64,000 nucleotides of DNA from the human T2T-CHM13v2.0 reference genome, Homo sapiens. The position numbers were made by a program, and so were the translations under genes. The stretch lies in contig CP086569.2 in NCBI GenBank assembly GCA_009914755.4, positions 27,424,001 to 27,488,000 on the forward strand. The letters are read 5' to 3'. Positions 54,901 to 64,000 of this stretch are shown here, piece by piece. The stretch's first letter is position 1. Each line of letters opens with the position of its first letter. A model generated the notes under the pieces. That model was not told where the DNA came from and did not search any database. It was given only the letters and a program-made list of their open reading frames with translations.

Positions 54901-57900
54901 GTGCAATGGAATGGAATGGCATCAAATCGCATGGTAATGAATCAAATGGAATCAAATCGAATGGAAATAATGGAATCGAAGGCAAACGAATGGAATCGAA
55001 TTGCACTGATTCTACTGACTTCGAACAAAATGAAATGAAACGCGGTGAAGTGGAATGGAGTGGAATGTATTGGGTGGAATGGAATAGAATGGTGTGGAGT
55101 GGAGCGGAGTGCCCAGGAGGGGAATGGGAAGAAATGGATTTGAACGGAGTGGAGTGGAGTGGAATGGGGCATAATGGAGTGGAATAGTGTGGAGTGGAGT
55201 AGAGTGGAATGGGTTGGAATGGAATGCAGAGGACAGGATTGGAGTGCGTTGGACTGGAGTGGAGTAGAGTTGAGTGGAGTGGAGTGGATTGAAATAGAGC
55301 GGAGCAGAGTGGGATGGAATTGAATCACATGGTATTGAATCAAATCGAATGGAATTAAATCGAATGTAAAAATGGAATCAAATGTAAACGAATGGAGTCA
55401 AACCACATTGGTTAAACTGACATCGAATAATATCAAAAGAAATGTGGTGAAGTGGAGTGGAGTGTAACGAAATGGAGTGGAATGAAATTGAATGGAGTGG
55501 GGTAGATTGGAGTCTACTGGAGTGGAATAGAATGGAATGGAAAGGAATGGAATAGAATGGAGTGAAGTGCAGTGCAGTGAAATGGAGTGGAAAGGAATGG
55601 AATGGAATGGAATCCAATGGAGTCGAAGTGAATCGAATCTAATGAAATTGATCGGAAAAAATGGAATGGAGTAGAATAGAAGAAGATGGATTCAAAAGGC
55701 AACAAATAGAATGAATGGAATGCGGTGAGTTGGAGGGCATTGGAATGGAGTTGAATGGAATGGGGTGTAATTGAATTGAATGGAGTGGAGTGGATTGTAG
55801 TGGACTGGAGTGGAATGGAACGGAATGGGCAGGAATGGAATTGAAAGGGGTGAATTGGAATTGAGTGCTGTGGACTGGAGAAGACTGCATTGTAGCGGAT
55901 TGGAGTGGAAAGAACTGGAGTGGAATGGAATGGAATGCAATGGAGTGGGGTGGAATGGAATGGAGTGGAGTAGAATGGAATTTAATGGAGTGGAGTGGAA
56001 TTGAGTGGAATGGAGAGTAATGGAGTGGAGTGGACTGGAGCGAAGTGGAGTGTAGTGCATTGGACTGTAGGGGATTGAAGTGGCTTGGAGTGCAATGGAG
56101 TGGAGTGGAATGGAATGTAATGCAATGGAATGGAATGGAATGGAATGTAGTGGAATGGAATCGAATCACATGGAACTGAATCAAATCGAATTGAATGAAA
56201 TTGAATGGAAAAAATGGAATCCAATGGAATCAAATCGAATGGATTCGAATGACATTGAATGGAATCGAAATGAATGCAGTGAGGTGGAGTTGAGTGGAGT
56301 GGAGTGGAATGGAATGGGATGAATGGAATTGACTGGAGAGGAGTGGAATGGAATGGAATGGAAAGCAATGGAATTGAACGAAATGGAGTGTAGTAGAATG
56401 TAGTGGATTGGAGTGGAGTGCCGGGGAGTGCAGTGAAATGAAGAGGATTGTAGTTGAATGGAATGGAATGGTATGGAACGTACTGGAATGGAATGGATAA
56501 GAACGGAATGGAATGGAATCGCATGGAATTGAAAAGAATCAAATCGAATTGAATAGAATCAAATGGAAAAAATGGAGGCAAATGGAATCGAATGTCATAG
56601 AATCGAACGGTTTTGAATGTCAGTGAATGGAAACGAATGGAATGCGATGAAGTGGAGCGGAGTGGAGTGGAAAGGAGTGCAATGGAATAGGGTGGAACAG
56701 AATTTAATGGAACAGAGTGGATTGGAGTGGACTGGAGTGGAATGGAAAGGGAAGGAATGGGATTGAAAGGAGTGGCGTGCAGTGGAGTGGAGTGGCATGG
56801 AGTGGAGTGGAGTGGAATGGAGTGGAATGGAATGGAGTGGAATGGAGTGGATTGGAATGGAATGGAGTGCAGAGGAATGGAATGGAATGGTATAGAGTGG
56901 ACAGGAATGGAGTGGAGTGGATTGGAATGGAATGGAATGTAAGGGAATGGAACTGAATGGACTGGAATGGAATGGAATAGAATGGAATCGCAGGGAATCA
57001 AATTGGATTGAATCGAATCGAATGGAAAAAATGAAAACAAATGAAATTGAATGGAATCGAATTGAATGTAAACAATGGAATCCAATGGAGTCAAATGGAA
57101 TCGAATCAAATGGTTTTGAATGGCATCAAATGAAATGGCATGGAAGGCAGTGAATTGGAGTGGAGTGGAATAGAGAGGAATGAATTGGAATGGAGTGTAG
57201 TGGAATGGAGTGGATTCCAATGGATTGGAGTGGATTGGATTGGAATGGAATGGAATAGATTGGATTGGAGTGGTGCAGAGTGGAGTGGACTGGAGTGCAG
57301 AGGAATGGAGTGGAGTGAAGTCCAGTTGAGTGGAATGGAATGGAGTGGAGCAGAGTGGAATGCAAAAGAATGAAGTGGATTGTTATGGAATGGAATGGCG
57401 TGGAATGGCGTGGAATAGAATGGAATTGAATCGTATGGAATGATACCAAATCAAATCGAATCAAACGGAAAATTATGAATCCAATGGAATCGAAAGGATT
57501 CTAAAGGAATGGATTCGAAAGGCATTGAATGGAATGGAAAGGAATGCAATGGAGTGGAGTGGATTGGAATGTTTTAGAGTAAACTTGGGTGGATTGGAAA
57601 TCTATGGAGAGGAGTGCAGTGAAGTGGATTGGAGTGGAATGGAGTGCAATGGACTGGAGTGGACTGGAATGGATTGGAGTGGAGTGGAGTGGATCGGAGC
57701 AGAGTGCCGTGGAGTGGACTAGAGTGAGGTGGAGTGGAGTGCATTGGAGTGGAATGGAGTGGAGTGGGGTGCAACGGAATGGAATGGCATCAAATCGCAT
57801 GGTAATGAATCAAATGGAATCAAATGGAATGGAAATAATGGAATCGAAGGCAAACGAATGGAATCGAATTGCACTGATTCTACTGACTTCGAACAAAATG

Positions 57901-60900
57901 AAATGAAACGCGGTGAAGTGGAGTGGAGTGGAATGTATTGGGTGGAATGGAATAGAATGGTGTGGAGTGGAGTGGAGTGCCCAGGAGTGGAATGGGAAGA
58001 AATGGAATTGAACGGAGTGGAGTGGAGTGGAATGGGGCATAATGGAGTGGAATAGTGTGGAGTGGAGTAGAGTGGAATAGGTTGGAATGGAATGCAGAGG
58101 ACAGGATTGGAGTGCGGTGGACTGGAGTGGAGTAGAGTTGAGTGGAGTGGAGTGGATTGAAATAGAGTGGAGCAGAGTGGGATGGAATTGAATCACATGG
58201 AATTGAATCAAATCGAATGGAATTAAATCGAATGAAAAAATGAAATCAAATGTAAACGAATGGAGTCAAACCACATTGGTTAAACTGACATCGAATAATA
58301 TCAAAAGAAATGTGGTGAAGTGGAGTGGAGTGTAACGAAATGGAGTGGAATGAAATTGAATGGAGTGGGGTCGATTGGAGTCTACTGGAGTGGAATGGAA
58401 TGGAATGGAAAGGAATGGAATAGAATGGAGTGAAGTGCAGTGCAGTGAAATGGAGTGGAAATGAATGGAATGGAATGGAATGGAATCAAATGGAATCGAA
58501 GTGAATCGAATCTAATGAAATTGATCAGAAAAAATGGAATGGAGTAGAATCGAATAATATGGATTCAAAAGGCAACAAATAGAATGAATGGAATGCGGTG
58601 AGTTGGAGGGCAATGGAATGGAGTTGAATGGAATGGGGTGTAATTGAATTGAATGGAGTGGAGTGGATTGGAGTGGACTGGAGTGGAATGGAACGGAATG
58701 GGCAGGAATGGAATTGAAAGGGGTGAATTGGAATTGAGTGCTGTGGATTGGAGTAGACTGCATTGTAGTGGATTGGAGTGGAAAGAAGTGGAGTGGAATG
58801 GAATGGAATGCAATGGAGTGGAGTGGAATGGAATGGAGTGGATTAGAATGGAATTTAATGGAGTGCAGTGGAATTGAGTGGAATGGAGAGTAATGGAGTG
58901 GAGTGGGCTGCAGCGAAGTGGAGTGTAGTGCATTGGACTGTAGGGGATTGAAGTGGCTTGGAGTGCAATGGAGTGGAGTGGAATGGAATGTAATGGAATG
59001 GAATTGAATGGAATGGAATGGAGTGGAATAGAATTGAATCACATGGAACTGAATCAAATCGAATTGAATGAAATTGAATGGAAAAAATGGAATGAAATGG
59101 AATCAAATCGAATGGATTCGAATGACATTGAATGGAATCGAAAGGAATGCAGTGAGGTGGAGTTGAGTGGAATGGAGTGGAATGGAATGGGATGAATGGA
59201 ATTGACTGGAGAGGAGTGGAATGGAATGGAATGGAAAGTCATGGAATTGAAAAAAATGGAGTGTAGTAGAATGTAGTGGATTGGAGTGGAGTGCAGGGGA
59301 GTGCAGTGGAATGAAGTGGAGTGTAGTTGAATGGAATGGAATGGTATGGAACGTACAGGAATGGAATGGATAAGAATGGAATGGAATGGAATCGCATGGA
59401 ATTGAATAGAATCAAATCGAATTGAATAGAATCAAATGGAAAAATGGAGTCAAATGGAATCGAATGGCATAGAATGGAACGGTTTTGAATGTCAGTGAAT
59501 GGAAACGAATGGAATGCGATGAAGTGGAGCGGAGTGGAGTGGAAAGGAGTGCAATGGAATAGGGTGGAACAGAATTTAATGGTACAGAGTGGATTGGAGT
59601 GTACTGGAGTGGAATGGAATGGGAAGGAATGGGATTGAAAGGAGTGGCGTGCAGTGGAGTGGAGTGGCATGGAGTGGAGTGGAGTGGAATGGAGTGGAAT
59701 GGAATGGAGTGGAATGGAGTGGATTGGAATGGAATGGAGTGCAGAGGAATGGAATGGAATGGTATAGAGTGGACAGGAATGGAGTGGAGTGGATTGGAAT
59801 GGAATGGAATGTAAGGGAATGGAACTGAATGGACTGGAATGGAATGGAATAGAATGGAATCGCAGGGAATCAAATTGGATTGAATCGAATCGAATGGAAA
59901 AAATGAAATCAAATGAAATTGAATGGAATCGAATTGAATGTAAACAATGGGATCCAATGGAATCCAATGGAATCGAATCAAATGGTTTTGAATGGCATCA
60001 AATGAAATGGCATGGAAGGCAGTGAATTGGAGTGGAGTGGAATAGAGTGGAACGAATTGGAATGGAGTGTAGTGGAATGGCGTGGATTCCATTGGAGTGG
60101 AGTGGATTGGATTGGAATGGAATGGAATAGATTGGATTGGAGTGGTGCAGAGTGGAGTGGACTGGAGTGCAGAGGAATGGAGTGGAGTGAAGTCCAGTTG
60201 AGTGGAATGGAATGGAGTGGAGCAGAGTGGAATGCAATAGAATGAAGTGGAATGGTATGGAATGGAATGTCGAGGAATGACGTGGAATAGAAAGGAATGG
60301 AATCGCATGGAACGATACCAAATCAAATCGAATCAAACGGAAAATTATGAATCCTATGGAATCGAAAGGATTCTAAAGGAAGGGATTCGAAATGCATTGA
60401 ATGGAATGGAAAGGAATGCAGTGGAGTGGAGTGGAGTGGAATGTTTTAGAGTGAACTTGGGTGGATTGGAACTCTATGGAGAGGAGTGGAGTGAAGTGGA
60501 TAGGAGTGGAATGGAGTGCAATGGACTGGAGTGGAGTGGAATGGATTGGAGTGGAGTGGAGTGGATCGGAGTGGAGTGCCGTGGAGTGGACTAGAGTGAG
60601 GTGGAGTGGAGTACATTGGAGTGGAATGGAGTGGAGTGGGGTGCAATGGAATGGAATGGCATCAAATCGCATGGTAATGAATCAAATGGAATCAAATGGA
60701 ATGGAAATAATGGAATCGAAGGCAAACGAATGGAATCGAATTGCACTGATTCTACTGACTTCGAACAAAATGAAATGAAACGCGGTGAAGTGGAGTGGAG
60801 TGGAATGTATTGGGTGGAATGGAATAGAATGGTGTGGAGTGGAGTGGAGTGCCCAGGAGGGGAACGGGAAGAAATGGAATTGAAGGGAGTGGAGTGGAGT

Positions 60901-63900
60901 GGAATGGGGCATAATGGAGTGGAATAGTGTGGAGTGGAGTAGAGTGGAATGGGTTGGAATGGAATGCAGAGGACAGGATTGGAGTGCGTTGGACTGGAGT
61001 GCAGTAGAGTTGAGTGGAGTGGAGTGGATTGAAATAGAGCGGAGCAGAGTGGGATGGAATTGAATCACATGGTATTGAATCAAATCGAATGGAATTAAAT
61101 CGAATGTAAAAATGGAATCAAATGCAAACGAATGGAGTCAAACCACATTGGTTAAACTGACATCGAATAATATCAAAAGAAATGTGGTGAAGTGGAGTGG
61201 AGTGTAACGAAATGGAGTGGAATGAAATTGAATGGAGTGGGGTCGATTGGAGTCTACTGGAGTGGAATAGAATGGAATGGAAAGGAATGGAATAGAATGG
61301 AGTGAAGTGCAGTGCAGTGAAATGGAGTGGAAAGGAATGGAATGGAATGGAATCAAATGGAATCGAAGTGAATCGCATCTAATGAAATTGATCGGAAAAA
61401 ATGGAATGGAGTAGAATCGAAGAAGATGGATTCAAAAGGCAACAAATAGAATTGAATGGAATGCGGTGAGTTGGAGGGCATTGGAATGGAGTTGAATGGA
61501 ATGGGGTGTAATTGAATTGAATGGAGTGGAGTGGATTGTAGTGGACTGGAGTGGAATGGAACGGAATGGGCAGGAATTTAATTGAAAGGGGTGAATTGGA
61601 ATTGAGTGCTGTGGATTGGAGTAGACTGCATTGTAGTGGATTGGAGTGGAAAGAAGTGGAGTGGAATGGAATTGAATGCAATGGAGTGGGGTGGAATGGA
61701 ATGGAGTGGAGTAGAATGGAATTTAATGGAGTGGAGTGGAATTGAGTGGAATGGAGAGTAATGGAGTGGAGTGGACTGGAGCGAAGTGGAGTGTAGTGCA
61801 TTGGACTGTAGGGGATTGAAGTGGCTTGGAGTGCAATGGAGTGGAGTGGAATGGAATGTAATGCAATGGAATGGAATGGAATGGAATGTAGTGGAATGGA
61901 ATCGAATCACATGGAACTGAATCAAATCGAATTGAATGAAATTGAATGGAAAAAATGGAATCCAATGGAATCAAATCGAATGGATTCGAATGACATTGAA
62001 TGGAATCGAAATGAATGCAGTGAGGTGTAGTTGAGTGGAGTGGAGTGGAATGGAATGGGATGAATGGAATTGACTGGAGAGGAGTGGAATGGAATGGAAT
62101 GGAAAGCAATGGAATTGAACAAAATGGAGTGTAGTAGAATGTAGTGGATTGGAGTGGAGTGCCGGGGAGTGCAGTGAAATGAAGAGGATTGTAGTTGAAT
62201 GGAATGGAATGGTATGGAACGTACTGGAATGGAATGGATAAGAACGGAATGGAATGGAATCGCATGGAATTGAAAAGAATCAAATCGAATTGAATAGAAT
62301 CAAATGGAAAAAATGGAGGCAAATGGAATCGAATGTCATAGAATCGAACGGTTTTGAATGTCAGTGAATGGAAACGAATGGAATGCGATGAAGTGGAGCG
62401 GAGTGGAGTGGAAAGGAGTGCAATGGAATAGGGTGGAACAGAATTTAATGGAACAGAGTGGATTGGAGTGGACTGGAGTGGAATGGAAAGGGAAGGAATG
62501 GGATTGAAAAGAGTGGCGTGCAGTGGAGTGGAGTGACATGGAGTGGAGTGGAGTGGAATGGAGTGGAATGGAATGGAGTGGAATGGAGTGGATTGGAATG
62601 GAATGGAGTGCAGAGGAATGGAATGGAATGGTATAGAGTGGACAGGAATGGAGTGGAGTGGATTGGAATGGAATGGAATGTAAGGGAATGGAACTGAATG
62701 GACTGGAATGGAATGGAATAGAATGGAATCGCAGGGAATCAAATTGGATTGAATCGAATCGAATGGAAAAAATGAAAACAAATGAAATTGAATGGAATCG
62801 AATTGAATGTAAACAATGGAATCCAATGGAGTCAAATGGAATCGAATCAAATGGTTTTGAATGGCATCAAATGAAATGACATGGAAGGCAGTGAATTGGA
62901 GTGGAGTGGAATAGAGAGGAATGAATTGGAATGGAGTGTAGTGGAATGGCGTGGATTCCAGTGGAGTGGAGTGGATTGGATTTGAATGGAATGGAATAGA
63001 TTCTATTCGAGTGGTGCAGAGTGGAGTGGACTGGAGTGCAGAGGAATGGAGTGGAGTGAAGTCCAGTTGAGTGGAATGGAATGGAGTGGAGCAGAGTGGA
63101 ATGCAAAAGAATGAAGTGGATTGTTATGGAATGGAATGGCGTGGAATGGCGTGGAATAGAATGAAATTAAATCGCATGGAATGATACCAAATCAAATCGA
63201 ATCAAACGGAAAATTATGAATCCAATGGAATCGAAAGGATTCTAAAGGAATGGATTCGAAAGGCATTGAATGGAATGTAAAGGAATGCAGTGGAGTGGAG
63301 TGGAGTGGAATGTTTTAGAGTAAACTTGGGTGGATTGGAAATCTATGGAGAGGAGTGCAGTGAAGTGGATTGGAGTGGAATGGAGTGCAATGGACTGGAG
63401 TGGACTGGAATGGATTGGAGTGGAGTGGATTGGATCGGAGCGGAGTGCCGTGGAGTGGACTAGAGTGAGGTGGAGTGGAGTGCATTGGAGTGGAATGGAG
63501 TGGAGTGGGGTGCAACGGAATGGAATGGCATCAAATCGCATGGTAATGAATCAAATGGAATCAAATCGAATGGAAATAATGGAATCGAAGGCAAACGAAT
63601 GGAATCGAATTGCACTGATTCTACTGACTTCGAACAAAATGAAATGAAACGCGCTGAAGTGGAGTGGAGTGGAATGTATTGGGTGGAATGGAATAGAATG
63701 GTGTGGAGTGGAGTGGAGTGCCCAGGAGTGGAATGGGAAGAAATGGAATTGAACGGAGTGGAGTGGAGTGGAATGGGGCATAATGGAGTGGAATAGTGTG
63801 GAGTGGAGTAGAGTGGAATAGGTTGGAGTGGAATGCAGAGGACAGGATTGGAGTGCGGTGGACTGGAGTGGAGTAGAGTTGAGTGGAGTGGAGTGGATTG

Positions 63901-64000
63901 AAATAGAGCGGAGCAGAGAGGGATGGAATTGAATCACATGGAATTGAATCAAATCGAATGGAATTAAATCGAATGAAAAAATGGAATCAAATGTAAACGA
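52000..64000 (+). repeat. Dimeric supra-HOR of about 5.74 kb: two alternating ~2.87-kb HOR variants, with alternate copies nearly identical.
   Basis: Peptide markers alternate between copies. CPGV / GATEWNG / QRNGMASN occur at 52003, 57729 and 63470, while CPGG / GAMEWNG / QWNGMASN occur at 54861 and 60601. MEWIRMEF occurs at 52913 and 58653, while MEWSRMEF occurs at 55810 and 61551. The 79-aa pseudo-ORFs at 53849 and 59589 are identical and lie 5740 bp apart. The 304-aa pseudo-ORFs 53672..54586 and 59412..60326 have ends exactly 5740 bp apart. Confidence 0.8.

Larger units (their letters stand above)
25930..64000 (+). repeat. Classical pericentromeric satellite array, (GGAAT)n-derived and most consistent with HSat3. 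It runs uninterrupted to the window end.
   Basis: Continuous tandem pentamers (ggaat, ggagt, gaatc variants) for more than 38 kb, with recurrent 'aatcgaatggaatcaaatggaaaaaatggaa' motifs. There is no 171-bp alpha-satellite periodicity and few of the 'catcatcgaatgg' motifs typical of HSat2. All six frames are open, which produces the MEWNGMEW / IPFHSIPFHS pseudo-ORFs. Confidence 0.93.
38400..64000 (+). repeat. Homogeneous higher-order repeat (HOR) domain with a unit of about 2.82 to 2.87 kb and 9 tandem copies.
   Basis: The same 105-aa pseudo-ORF (MDWN[FS]MERSGVKWIGVEWSAMDWSGVEWIGVEWSGSEWSAVEWTRV...) starts at 40454, 43273, 46147, 48995, 51848, 54721, 57589, 60461 and 63330. Spacings are 2819, 2874, 2848, 2853, 2873, 2868, 2872 and 2869 bp. 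Many other pseudo-ORFs recur with the same period. A clean DNA match to the next copy begins near 38690. Confidence 0.9.

Noticed and set aside
25930-64000. Hundreds of 60 to 412-aa ORFs on both strands, with peptides W/E/G/M/N-rich or P/F/H/S/I-rich.
   Set aside because: They are translations of the (GGAAT)n/(ATTCC)n pentamer, which lacks stops in all six frames. They are periodic and low-complexity, and they recur with the HOR period. They are not genes.
38400-64000. Highly regular direct repeats that could be mistaken for a CRISPR-like array or a tandem gene cluster.
   Set aside because: This is a eukaryotic (primate) satellite HOR with a unit of about 2.86 kb and no spacer-like unique inserts. 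There is no prokaryotic context at all.
25930-64000. The possibility that the array is alpha satellite or HSat2.
   Set aside because: There is no 171-bp monomer periodicity and no CENP-B-box-like motif pattern. The pentamer GGAAT/GGAGT dominates and the HSat2-typical catcatcgaatgg units are scarce, so it is HSat3-like.

Overview
This window is human (primate) genomic DNA spanning the junction between a chromosome arm and a classical pericentromeric satellite array. No coordinates or chromosome identity can be derived from the sequence alone.

Positions 1 to about 25,930 are ordinary repeat-rich, gene-poor unique sequence. It contains at least 16 Alu copies or fragments, including a young AluY with perfect 16-bp target-site duplications (TSDs) and a 32-nt poly(A). 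It also contains two old L1 fragments, one of them split by nested Alu insertions, and MIR remnants. The one gene-derived element here is an intronless, disabled retrocopy of cyclin Q (CCNQ/FAM58A) on the minus strand, flanked by an intact 14-bp TSD.

From about 25,930 to the end of the window (more than 38 kb) the sequence is uninterrupted (GGAAT)n-derived classical satellite, most consistent with HSat3, written as GGAAT on the plus strand. The first ~12.5 kb of the array is divergent and irregular. From about 38.4 to 38.7 kb onward it resolves into a homogeneous higher-order repeat (HOR) of about 2.82 to 2.87 kb, with 9 copies visible. In the last ~12 kb this is organised as a ~5.74-kb dimeric supra-HOR whose alternate copies are nearly identical.

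The long ORFs reported across the satellite in both strands are artefacts: the GGAAT/ATTCC pentamer has no stop codon in any of the six frames. I find no evidence of a novel protein-coding or defence-type system. The interesting content is structural: the layered satellite organisation, the array edge, and the dated retro-insertions beside it.
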